Shown: one piece after another, positions 46,101 through 56,979 of the stretch | Numbering within the stretch: the stretch's first letter is position 1 | How the letters are laid out: every line of letters begins with the position of its first letter | From: Cladosporium halotolerans | Lineage: Eukaryota | NCBI RefSeq assembly: GCF_011745625.1 | Contig: NW_027191459.1 | Location: 434,001 to 498,000, forward strand | Direction: 5' to 3' | DNA length: 64,000 nt | Notes under the pieces: model-generated | Seen by the model: the letters and a program-made list of their open reading frames with translations, nothing else | Told to the model about the DNA's origin: nothing | Database searches by the model: none | Made by a program: the position numbers and the translations under genes

Positions 46101-46367
46101 GTGGCCGGCGTGGACGGCGCCATTGGCGTAGGGAGGACCGTCATGGAGGACGAACGTATCCTCCGCCTTTGCCTCGCCGTCGTTCCCTCGCGCATCGCGC
46201 TGCCATTGGTACAGGTCATCGGCGCATCGCGTGCGGTACGAGTCTAGCTGGGTCGCGGTCGGACGAGCTGGGAAATTGGATCGAGGGAGGTTCAAGGTCT
46301 TGCCCCAGTCTGGTCGTGGAGGCTGGTGTGCCGCCCGGAGTATGCGTGAAGGGAGGAGGCGGAGCAT
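43124..46367 (-). CDS. ISM1: Isoleucyl-tRNA synthetase, mitochondrial/bacterial type (exons 46367-45752, 45690-43124)
   Basis: Presequence MLRLLPSRILR, LHDGPPYANGAVHAGH (HIGH), GWDCHGLPIE, editing-domain WTTTPWTLP, WCISRQRAWG, KMSKS and C-terminal CVRC...CGRC zinc finger. Confidence 0.95.
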
Positions 46368-47192
46368 ACTCGGGTTGGGCCTACCGTTGCATGTTCTCGT
46401 TCGGTGATGGGATGTGCGTGCATGCTGCCGAACGTCGGCATCACGAGAGAAAGTTGGCGGCAAACCTTCCTCAGACTGTGGGCAGGGCAGGGATTCAGGC
46501 GAGCTGTCGCAGCCTCGGCAGGGGATCAAGCATCAGCAGAAAGACGACAACGAGCCTCTGCCAGCGCGACACGTTGAATAGTGAACCTGCGGCTTTGACA
46601 GTGATAAGGGCGTATTTCGAGAGCCACTCATATCATCTCGGCGACCTCTTGGGCTCAGTCTGCATCGCGGCCTGGTGGCGCATGTACTATAACCGGCGCC
46701 GGCTGATTGGGTCACGAGACAGTACGTATCCGTCACCTCGAACCTCCTCCGCATCCTTCCAGGTAAGCATGTCTGGCCTGAGAGGTGCTGTTACAACGAA
46801 CACGCCTTCTCGTGGTTGATATCTTTCTCCCCTATTCAGTGTATCTATTTCCCGAGTCAGGGTAGAGATTTGCCCACCGAACGATAGGCGGCGTCCGATA
46901 AGGATCGCGGCAATCCGCCCTCTCCACATTCCCCACGAACGGAAGGAGGGGCCATCGCTTGGGCTGGCATCAACGTCAACATCCCACCGCCAGCGCTCGC
47001 ATGCTGCTGTTGCCGCCATACACTGCGGTGCGGCCCTGCATATCCTACCGCCGGTAGCCTTGTCGTCAGACCACGCAACTTCAACTTCCTGCTCATCACC
47101 ACGTCCACCTCGAACTTTCCCACCTTCTCAATGTGACCACTTCTGCCTGCGATAACGCTGTTCGCCGCAACCACCCACGTGCAAGTCCTACC

Positions 47193-49694
47193 ATGAGCAC
47201 GTACACTCCACACGACGGCCGGACCCTCAAATCGAAGAGACCGGCTGTCAATCCACCTCCTACATCGAACCCAGGTCATTCCGGGCCAACGACCTTCTTT
47301 CTGAGAAGCGAGCGTGACTTGGAGAAGAGCGCGCAATCAAGAGGCCGCAAGATGCCGCAGGAAACCCAGCAGACCGGGGAGGCGGCACGTCCACCATCGG
47401 CATCCTCGAGTTCGATGCATGATAGCACATTCGGTGTGCAGAGTCTTGAAGATGCGATTAGTGAAAGCCTGTGCTCGGAAAGTACATGGCCAAGGGGCGA
47501 TAGCGCAGAGCAGAGCACAACCCACTCGCCCCAACATACAAGCCCTACTGCTGGCAGGAAGCGCAAAGTGAGCTATCCGCCGCACCCGAGGCTTGTAAAT
47601 ACCACTCGACGTCAAGTCTCCTCCGAGCTGCCATCGACCGCCGGATCGTCAGCAGCATCACCAGTGTCTCTCCGTTCTTCCAATTCTCCATTTCGCTCAC
47701 ATCTCCGGCGAACATCAAACTCGTCACTTAACCTCAATCGGCCTCTCACACCTCTCGGTCTTAGCCCAAATCCCGAATCAGGTCTGCCCGGTACGCCTCG
47801 CTCCGAGTCGGTGCAATCGTTTAGACTGAGTGATGAGGAGGCCAGTGTGGCGTCAGAAACGAACAGCCAGGCAATACAGTCCTCGAGCGGCGACGATGAC
47901 GATCAAGTGTCGGAGCTCGATCTCGGTCAAGCACGGGAGCCGCAGTTGGTCATGCCCAGTATTGCCATGCCGGCGCGGAGACCATTCACGACTCGTGGCA
48001 GGAGTATGGGACGGCTCAAAGTCATGGTCGTTGGAAGAAGCGGTACTGGCAAGACCAGCCTCATCAAGAGCATTCTCCGCAGTTGCGAGGATATTGTTCA
48101 CGTCGACTCTACGCCTCAGAACACACCAGATCAATCCATCGCCACGGCCAGGAACACAACCTATGAGGCAACCAGAGACCTCATCGAGATCCATGCCTCC
48201 TCGAGGCCATACCCTCTATGGTGGTCTGACATGGAGAGCAGCCGCGGCTTATGGCGCAGGAAGAGTTTTGGAGAAGGCATACTCGAGCGCAACCTTTGCT
48301 TTGTCGACACTCCGGGCATCAACAACGAAGGTTCAATCGATCGCATACTGCAAGAGATCGAATCCTTGCAGATGATGAATTCTCGTATCGAAAACATGAG
48401 CGACAACCAGCTGCTGAACCTGTTCAGCGGCGAAGGCGGAACGTACGTGGACGTTGTCCTTTACCTCTTCGATCCAAGCTGCGAGCCTATGTCCAAATCA
48501 GAGCAGGCTTTTGTCAAGGAATTAGCACGTCGAGCAAACCTTGTACCATTAATCGCGCGCGCAGACGAGCATGAAGCTCAGGATCTGGAGAAGCATCGCA
48601 AGGCAGTTCAGAGCACCTTGAACGAAATCAATGCGGAATGGTACTCGATGGTTGATCTCAGCGTAGGGGCAGAGGGGTTACCTGTGCTTGAGAAGACCAC
48701 AGACAACTCCCATCTCGAACCATTCACAGTCTCCTCCGCTCTGACCGACGATTCTGAAAACATGGACGCCAGCCTCCTGATGGCCTCTGACTACCTGCAG
48801 CCCCTGGCCCCAAGCGACCTGGGCCACTTCCTCGACCGCTTCCTCAGCCCCTCCAACATCTCCCGCATGCGCCACTCCTCCGCTCGAAAATTCCTCTTCT
48901 GGCGCCGCACCCACCTTGGCAACCACATCAGCCTCCCCAAGCAAACCCTCCTGCAATCTCCCACCTTCCACCCAACCCTCTCGCAAAACAGCAGCCCACA
49001 CCTAACAACCGACACCGGCTCCCTCCTCTCCGACCCAAGCAAGGTCCTCGTCCCCTACCACAGCAACGCCCGCGCCCCCCGCTCCCCGTCCCCTTCATCC
49101 TCTTCCGCCTTCTCCTCAACCAACAACCCCCCAAACCTCACCCCCTCAACCAACGCCCTCGCCAACCACTCCCGCAACCCCTCCGAACCAACCTCCTTCC
49201 GCCAACTCCGCCTCGCAAAATGGGCCCAAGACCTGCAGCGCAGCCTCGCCAACGACCGCAAGCGCTACCACCACCCCGCCGCCGCGCCAGAATGGCCTCT
49301 CGAACCCCACGCCTTCGAAGCCGAAGCCGAAGCCGAGGCCGAAAACGAAAAGGCCCTCGTCGCCCACCACCAGCGGGAGCGTCCAGGCCGCGGCAAGCTC
49401 GGCGGAGAGATCGCCGTCATCGACCCCCTGGGCGTTCTGTCTCTGGCGCAGGGCGTGCGCAGGCAGGGGTGGGCTGCGCTGAGGGTTTTGGGCGGGGTGG
49501 GGTTGGGGGGCGCGGTTGTTTGGTGGGTTTTGGGGCGTTGGTGGTGGGGGGAGGTGGTGGGTGAGGGGTGGTGGTTTGGGAGCTGGGGTGGGGGTGGGAG
49601 TGGGAGTGCCGGGGTTGTGGGGACGCCGGTGGCGGTGCCGGCGCCGGTGGGGGAGAGGGGGGGTTGGGACGGGGTGGGGTGGGGGAGGTGGTGA
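47193..49694 (+). CDS. Septin-like P-loop GTPase with disordered N-terminus and C-terminal hydrophobic segment
   Basis: From the ATG at 47193: LKVMVVGRSGTGKTSLI (G1), NLCFVDTPG (G3), VDVVLYL and NLVPLIARAD (G4-like; septins have AKAD). Confidence 0.75.
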   Translation: MSTYTPHDGRTLKSKRPAVNPPPTSNPGHSGPTTFFLRSERDLEKSAQSRGRKMPQETQQTGEAARPPSASSSSMHDSTFGVQSLEDAISESLCSESTWPRGDSAEQSTTHSPQHTSPTAGRKRKVSYPPHPRLVNTTRRQVSSELPSTAGSSAASPVSLRSSNSPFRSHLRRTSNSSLNLNRPLTPLGLSPNPESGLPGTPRSESVQSFRLSDEEASVASETNSQAIQSSSGDDDDQVSELDLGQAREPQLVMPSIAMPARRPFTTRGRSMGRLKVMVVGRSGTGKTSLIKSILRSCEDIVHVDSTPQNTPDQSIATARNTTYEATRDLIEIHASSRPYPLWWSDMESSRGLWRRKSFGEGILERNLCFVDTPGINNEGSIDRILQEIESLQMMNSRIENMSDNQLLNLFSGEGGTYVDVVLYLFDPSCEPMSKSEQAFVKELARRANLVPLIARADEHEAQDLEKHRKAVQSTLNEINAEWYSMVDLSVGAEGLPVLEKTTDNSHLEPFTVSSALTDDSENMDASLLMASDYLQPLAPSDLGHFLDRFLSPSNISRMRHSSARKFLFWRRTHLGNHISLPKQTLLQSPTFHPTLSQNSSPHLTTDTGSLLSDPSKVLVPYHSNARAPRSPSPSSSSAFSSTNNPPNLTPSTNALANHSRNPSEPTSFRQLRLAKWAQDLQRSLANDRKRYHHPAAAPEWPLEPHAFEAEAEAEAENEKALVAHHQRERPGRGKLGGEIAVIDPLGVLSLAQGVRRQGWAALRVLGGVGLGGAVVWWVLGRWWWGEVVGEGWWFGSWGGGGSGSAGVVGTPVAVPAPVGERGGWDGVGWGRW

Positions 49695-51189
49695 GGATTT
49701 TAGGATTGGTCTGAGGGGATGGAGGAAAAAGGGTGTCGTGAGCGTGTGGGATGGGTTGATGGGGATGATTTTTTTTCTTGTTAGGAGACGAAGGGAGAGG
49801 TGTTGGGACTGGGGCTGAGAGATTGGTGTTCACTTGCTCTGTTTTTCATTTTTCATTTTTCCCCTCCCCTCTTGTTGTTGTTGCTCTTGGAGATACCATA
49901 CTGTACCCCGTCACATCTTACCTTTCCATCTCACGCCGTGATGTACAGCAGCAGTTTCAAACTAGGTACCTCATCGCATCGAATCTCCCCCGGCCACAAG
50001 CTGTGCGGAGCCACCGCGCAGTCCTATCAAAGTCAACCCTGTACACCCTCGTCCGTACCACACAGCAGTCGGCGGTATCCTCGAACAGGCGCTTCATGCC
50101 TCACATGGAAGTCGGCTGCTACATTTGAAATCGACGCGAGCGCGCAGATAGAGAGACACGGCCTCGGCTCGGTGAGCCGCCCCAAGTGCTCAGACCGTGG
50201 TAATGAAGGTTCCGGGCAAGAGAGCTGGAATGAGATCTCGCTCGCCCGAGCAGGCGCGTTTGTCTCATTTTTTTTTTCTTCGCTTGCACTCTCCGAAGGG
50301 CTGCCGAGCAGATGTCACTACTGTCGCTCTCGTCAGCTGGTCTGCTTCGCTTCGGACTTCGACGTCGCGTTCCGGACGAGGATCGGGGCTCCGCCGTCAC
50401 GGTTTTTTCCCTCCGAGCAACGATCTTGATCGATGTTCGCGCGAGTCAGTCGGCCGACGTAGAGCCTTTGGCCTTGTGTGCTTGTGCTGTATGCGATCTA
50501 TTTAGTCTGAGACAAGCGCGCTTTGGCGGGACGTGTGACTAGCAAGGATAGGTAGGGTATATAGCTTGCAGCCTGACTATATAGGAATCTCAGAAGCTAG
50601 CATTATTCCCGGTGAACTGAGCAGCCGAGATACGTATGGATGTGCGTATCGGCGAATGCGGATTAGCTGGCTGAGAATAAGATAGCGCGTTGGGATCTCA
50701 GCTGGCGGGCTAGTTGGAGCGTGTTCCCGACCAAAGGATAGTAACAATAGGGCTTTGCCCGCTGTATCCTCACGAGTTGGCGGGAAAGTAGTCAGGCGTG
50801 CCAGGGCTGGTTGTTTTCCTGCGGCTGAATAACAGCAATTTGCTAAAACGCGGTACGGATGCGGAGCTATTGTAGCTATGGATACCTACCTAGGTACTCT
50901 GGCTGTGCCCTAGCTATATTCCTCGACAATTAAGCTCGGAGGCGTTCTGGCTGGATTGCTGAGGCTTCGTTCGAGAAGCATGAGGGAAGCTACACTTGCT
51001 GTTTTTTTTTTCTGTTGAGCTATTATTCCGCGGGATGAGGTGCTACTGCCGTGTGTTCTGCTGTGTGATTTTGGGAGCTGGGGGCACACAGACCGAATTT
51101 TTTCCTTTCGTTCTTTCATGCCACCCCTGCAAGCAGCTGCACACATACGGTAGCTGCATGCATGTCCCACACGTGGTCTGGCAAGCCTT

Positions 51190-51235
51190 GCAGCAGGCGG
51201 GCAAGCAGGCAAGCAAGCAAGCGGACGGACAGACA
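51190..51235 (+). repeat. Degenerate (GCAA/GCAG)n tetranucleotide repeat
   Basis: gcagcaggcgggcaagcaggcaagcaagcaagcggacggacagac. Confidence 0.6.
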
Positions 51236-52733
51236 ATGGAGGTCCTGAGGGTTCGGCGGGCGGGCAAGCTTTCACCGTTTCGCGTATCGCCGCATGCTGC
51301 CTTCAATAAAGAGGGCTATTGCCAATGGCGTCAAACTGCTATAGGCAAGGTCTCACAACAGCACAAAGCACTTCTGCTCACGCCTACCGTGACGAGCACA
51401 CGTCTCGCCGCGATCGCACTGCCGACGCTCGCACGCGGATTGATGCCCGCGCTGGAGTCCGATCGGCGGGACCCGCGACCCACGGGCAAGCTGCACGTGA
51501 AGCCGCGTGAGGACGTCGCTGCATGCGGGCATGCGAGATACATGCTACTGTGGATGCACGCGAGGCCGGCGGCGGCCAGCGTGGTGGAGCACAGGCCCGC
51601 GCTTTGCTGATCGCAGCGGAGGCGGCCTTTGTGAAGCTGGTGGCGGATGTGCAGCTATGTACATGTCCATGCTGTCATCCCCGTGTACTTGCGTACGTGC
51701 TGCGCGGTAGGTAGCGGAATGCATGGCGCATGCGGGTGTGTGTCGAGCACGCGGCTCGCTTCCAGGCTTTGCGATGCGGCAGGAGGATGGTGGCGTTGTC
51801 GGGCCACGTGGGAAGCACGCGAGGTGGGCGATGGCGAGGGGGGCGCGATTGGGCGGGAGAGTTTTGGAGGTTGGCCCTGGCTTGGTGGAGCTGGAGTGAA
51901 TTGTGATGGCTGCAATTGGAGCTCCTCACGCAAGGCAAGACACGGCAAGGCGAGGCGAGCGCTGGCCGGAGTCAGGCGTGCGTGTGTAGGGGCTTTTCTC
52001 ACTCGCTCTGCCTTAGCATGTGCTAGCAGTGCGACCAGATGCGGGCAGGGCCAGGGCTGGGGCACAAGGGGAGCGAGCGATGAGCAGCGCAGGGTGGATT
52101 GGGTGGCACGCTGGACTTGCTCGGGTAGGGGCAAGCGTGGGCGGCGAGGCAGCGAGGCAGCGTGGCAGCGTGGCAAGCACGGCGACAGGCAGGCCCGCCT
52201 CCGCACACCCTGTCGCATGTCACCGCTCTGGCGAGAAGGTTAGGTAGTCGAGGTATTGCTGCTGCCGTCGCCCGCCGTCAAAAACATCCGGCCTCTCCCA
52301 TCCCAACTCCACCACTCTCACACACGCCCTCGCCCACCTGCCACACGCACCACCTGCAACTACCGCTTCCACTCCCTCTCCCGCCGCCCGTGTCACCCTC
52401 GTCCGACCCAGTGCTACGCTCGACGTCAAGCCCGGGCCTCAGCCTGAAACCACCCTGCCGTTTCACCAGCCCAACCCTACCACCGCCCTGCCCATTCGCA
52501 GACGCCCGCGCAAACACCTCCTGCAAAACACCTCTTCCGCCAATTCTCACGCCCGCCTGCCCTGCCAACTTCCTCGCTCGGAGTCCCGGTACGTACGCCC
52601 TCTCGACAAGCCCACGCCTGGCGCCCCGTCGCATGGCCTCCACGTGCGCGAAGCTTATCCACCGCGCATAGACTCGAGACCCCATCAACCCTGCCCGCGA
52701 GCCAATACCGCCCGACCACATATAATAACAACG

Positions 52734-53270
52734 ATGGTAAGCCCGCCGCCCTCCGCCCCAACCCCTCACCAAACCCGCCCTCCATCCGCCGCCCATCACC
52801 ACCTCTTCACTTCTTCACTCCCGCTCTCCAGCTCTCCACTAACACCCGCTCCCACAAAACAGTCCTCCCAACCCGCCCGCTTCAGCACCTACTCCGGCGC
52901 GCCCTCCCTCCAGCCCTCCCTCGCACCCACAGACGCCACCACAACCGCGCGCTCAACGCCCACCCCGCACGACCCCTCCTCCAAAATGTACGCCCAGCAC
53001 GCCTCGGCAGGCAGCAGCAGCACGCTGGCCGCCGACCCCAAGGCCGCGGACATCACGAGCTGGAGCGCGGGCTTCGAGCGCATGCAGGACGCCCGCCTGG
53101 ACAAGCAGCGCTACGTCATGAGCGGCAACAAGAGCGACGAGGTCAGCAAGCTGGCGCTCGGGGCGAAGTTGGAGAGGGCGCTGGGCCGCAGGATGACGGG
53201 CCAGGATGCGAGTTTTCCCGTCAAGAAGAATTTGAGGGGCGAGAAGGGGGTTGAGGTGGAGGTTAATTGA
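52734..53270 (+). CDS. 136-aa conserved hypothetical fungal protein (exons 52734-52736, 52863-53270)
   Basis: ATG|GTAAGC...CTAAC...CAG| then SSQPARFSTY...DITSWSAGFERMQDARLDKQRY...KLALGAKLERALGRRMTGQDA. Coding-like C/G third positions. Confidence 0.7.
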   Translation: MVSPPPSAPTPHQTRPPSAAHHHLFTSSLPLSSSPLTPAPTKQSSQPARFSTYSGAPSLQPSLAPTDATTTARSTPTPHDPSSKMYAQHASAGSSSTLAADPKAADITSWSAGFERMQDARLDKQRYVMSGNKSDEVSKLALGAKLERALGRRMTGQDASFPVKKNLRGEKGVEVEVN

Positions 53271-53799
53271 AATTGAGTGCTGATGGTTTTGTTTGGGGGG
53301 ATGTTTTGATGGGAAGGGGATGGCAAGGCGAGGAAGGATGACAACCAACCCTTCTTTTCTCGAGAGACCTACGACCGCTTTCCTTCGGCGAGGTTGGAAC
53401 GGTGGAGGCGAGACTCGGGAGACGCGAAGGCGAGAGATCTGCGATACCTCTTTCTGTTTGTTTGTTTGGCTGGCTGTGTTTTGTTTTTTTACCACTCTTT
53501 TACCCCGGCCGAGGACGTGCGCGTCCGAATTGTTTTTTGCTTTCTGTCTTTCTCTTTTCTCCTTGCTACTGCGCGCATGGGCGATGGGATAAATACGTGC
53601 GGGCGTTTCTGATTCTTTTTGCTCTTGACTACCTAGTCCCTTGGGAGTAGAAACGAAAATGGGATTATTTGTTCCAGAGAGGGCTGAAGAGGTCTTGATT
53701 TAGTCACATCTAGCTGAGTAGGCGGTATCATTCCACTCTTATCTCACGTCACGTTTGATATGTACTTCTCTGCACGTCTCGCTAGAAAATCCTCAGACC

Positions 53800-53820
53800 T
53801 ATATACATATATATATATAT
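53800..53820 (+). repeat. (TA)n microsatellite
   Basis: tatatacatatatatatatat between two convergent 3' ends. Confidence 0.8.
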
Positions 53821-53947
53821 CATCAGCGGCAAGAGCCAACAACCGCCCTCCCCCTCAAAACACCCATCGCGAGAAGACAAAAATGCCCACCGCACCTCCA
53901 CCCTCCTCGACCCCACTATCCCCTCCCCTCCTCTCCCCTCCCCACCC

Positions 53948-56066
53948 CTACAACTTCGCCCTCACCCCGTCGCCCTCAACCTCATCGCTCTCCACATCCT
54001 TAAACCTCACAAACGCCCCCAAACACCCCGGATTCGCCACCCCTGCCATCCCAACACTCCCGCCCCCCAAAATACTCCTCACCGCCCCCTCGACCTTCTT
54101 CCCATTCACCGTGACCGGCACCTCGCCCACCTCGACCACAAACCGCGGCACGTGCCGCGGGCTCAGACCCTTCTTTATCGCTTCTTTCAGCGCGGAGCGC
54201 AGTCGCGGCGTCAGGCGCTGGCCCGCGTGCGGCACGACGAAGAGGAAGACGGCTTCGTCCGGGTCGCCGGCGCGGCGCCGCGAGGTGCACAGCGTGCTGC
54301 TGAAGTGCGAGGTGAAGGGCGGGGACTCGGAGATGGCGTAGATTTCGGCGGGGCCGAAGCGGATGCCGGAGGGGTCTGGGTTTTGCGGTTTTGGTTAGAT
54401 GGTTGGGTTTTGGGAGGGGGGGAGGGGAAGGCTTACTGAGGACGCCGTCGCTGCGGCCGTGCATCACGAAGCCTCCTGTGGTCCTGTTCCGCGAGATCCA
54501 GTCGTGCTGCGCCCAGAGGTCGCGGGCGGGGAAGCGCGCGAAGTAGCTGCTGCGGTATTTGGTCCCGGCCGCGTCGTCGCCCCAGAAGAAGCACGGCATG
54601 CTGGGGAAGGGCTTTGTGATGACCAGCTCGCCTGCTTCGGCGGCGGGCGAGGCGTAGAGGGATGCGCCGGTTTCGGCGTGCAGGATGTCGACGGCCATGC
54701 CCAGGGCGCGGATCTGCATTTCGCCCGCGCGGATGGGGCCCGTGGGGTCGAGGGCGATGAGGGAGGTCGCGGTGTCGGTGCCGCCGGCGGTGTTGCAGAT
54801 TTGGACGGAGGGGGGGAAGGAGGCGTAGAACCAGCGGTATTGGGAGGTGGAGAGCGTGGCGCCGGTCGTGTAGACTGTGCGGAGGGCGGAGAGGTCGAAG
54901 GCGCGCTTGGGGATGCAGCGGGACATTTCGACTTCGAGGAGGTAGCGTGGGCTGGCGCCGAAGTAGGTTGCGCGGAAGTGGGAGGCGATGCGGAGGAGGT
55001 GCGCGGCGTCCGGGTGTAGGGGGCTGCCGTTGTAGCAGATTGTTGTCGCGCCGATGGAGAAGTGGCCGCACATGATGTAGAAGACGACCCAGGAGGTGGA
55101 GGAGTATTGCAGGACGGTGTCGGCGGGGGTGAGGGAGTTGTGGAGGCGGGAGATCTTGTGGGTTTGCAGGCAGAGGCCATGCCGGTGGACGATGCATTTG
55201 GGGTTGCCGGTTGTGCCGGAGCTGTAGCAGATCATGAGGGGGTCGTTGAAGGAGACGCGTGTGAATGTCAGGTCGTCGGAGGGGTTGGCTTGTTGGAGGA
55301 AGTCGTCGAGTGTTGGGTATTTCAACTGTTTGCTGACGATCGGGACCACGTATGTCGCGGGATAAGGGTTGAGTCTCGATAGAATGCCGTCTAGCTTTTC
55401 GATCGTGGAGACGGCCTTTCCCTTGTAAACAGCATCTCCGTCCACAAACAGAACGCTTGGAGTGACTTGCTGCAGCCGGGAAACACAACCTTCCAGTCCG
55501 AGATCTGGGCTGATACAAGTGAAGATGGCTCCGACAGCAGCGGTAGCGTGGAACAATACCATGGCGACATTCGAGGTGGCAACCAAGGCTCCGACTCTGT
55601 CGCCTTTTTTGATGCCAGAACGTCGTAAAGCACTGGCTGTCAAGCGAACACGATCACGGAACTGTCGCCAGGTGACATGCTCAGCATCCTCGAGTCTCTG
55701 CCCTTCACGTAGGCCAACCAAAGCGGTGGCGTTAGGATCGGGATTGTTGAACACGGCATTCTCTGCATAGTTGATCTGAAGTCCTTCCAAGAATGGCGGG
55801 TTCGAGCTCATAGGCACCTGATCATCGTAGGCCTTGGTGACAGAAGGAGGCAGAGGCGGTACAAGCTCAAGGTACGAATATAGATCCGTCCAGAAATCCT
55901 GAGGTTTGTCGCAACTCCATTGAACAAGTTCTTGTGTTGTCTCAATGCTGGTGTTGAACCGCTTGTTGACGTGCTGTCTATATTTGTCCATAGCTGTAGA
56001 GCCGGGAGCTCGGTTGGCTTGTTTCGGTGTCCATAGGATCTCTGGATTGTCAGTTTGTGGCGCCAT
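53948..56066 (-). CDS. Acetoacetyl-CoA synthetase-like AMP-binding enzyme ending in PTS1 AKL (exons 56066-54437, 54375-53948)
   Basis: NYAENA, YSSGTTGNPKCIVH, GGTD, FPSMPCFFWGD, W.QHDW, GRSDGVL|NPSGIRFG, PRHVP and TVNGKKVE. The 61-nt intron at 54376-54436 restores the frame. Ends ...VRAKL*. Confidence 0.92.
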
Positions 56067-56218
56067 GGTCTTAGTGAATGCAAATCCTTTTATAGTCAGC
56101 CGTCTATGAGTTCGATAATGTCTTCTAGATATTGAGAATGATATTGTTCAACTCAACCGCACATTATCATGCTTTCGGCCCTCTATTACCGCCATCAGCG
56201 GGGAAGGGTGATCTTTCG

Positions 56219-56224
56219 CCGAGG
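56219..56224 (-). promoter_or_regulatory. CCTCGG motif (FarA/FarB-type site) upstream of the acyl-CoA synthetase
   Basis: CCGAGG on the + strand, about 150 nt upstream of the ATG at 56066. It is a single 6-mer and could be chance. Confidence 0.3.
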
Positions 56225-56979
56225 AGCCGAGCTCTCCAAGGCGACGCTCTGAGCATGGCCAGGCATCGCACCCATAAGTCCAGAGCCAGGACGATTATTA
56301 GCATCTCTGTGCTCAAAATTACATGCTGCGAAGACTCTTTGTCAACTACCTAGAAGTCTCATTTAAACCAAGGCAGCCGGACCGATCGGAGAAGAATGCC
56401 ACAGTGCTGGCATGAGGCTTTTCAGGATAACGGCGTCGAATTCCTGGCATTCACTCGCCGGACGTGCTTTCAAGATCTGATTGTGCCGTCTTTTTCTCAT
56501 CAGGTATACCTGACAGTCTGTGTTCATGCCATGTGAATCACTAGGACGAGTCCAGGCGTGCTGTTGTCAGCCGGCAGAGCACCTAAAATAATATCATCGC
56601 ATCTGACGAATTCTGCGGTGCTGACATGAGACTCCATCATGGTGTCGGATCACCATCGAATGGGATGAGAAGCTTCAGAGACTTCTGCGACTTCCACTCT
56701 GCTTGGCTGCCTCCTTGACCAGATCCGGGCGGGCAGGGTTGAAGGATCGTAGCGGGCTGCGCTACGGCACAAGCGAGCGGGCCTGGCTCCAACCGAGGGG
56801 GATCTGCGTGCATCATTGGCCGCGGAGACTCCACCATCACCGTCGCCAACAACCGGCTGCTCGCCTTTCCGTGGAGGCAATCCTGCTGACGCACATCAAT
56901 AAAGATCCCCTGCACAGCTGCTCGCTTGTCGCACCACTTTCATATCCGGTGCTTGAGCGACGCCGAAGCGACAACGAAC

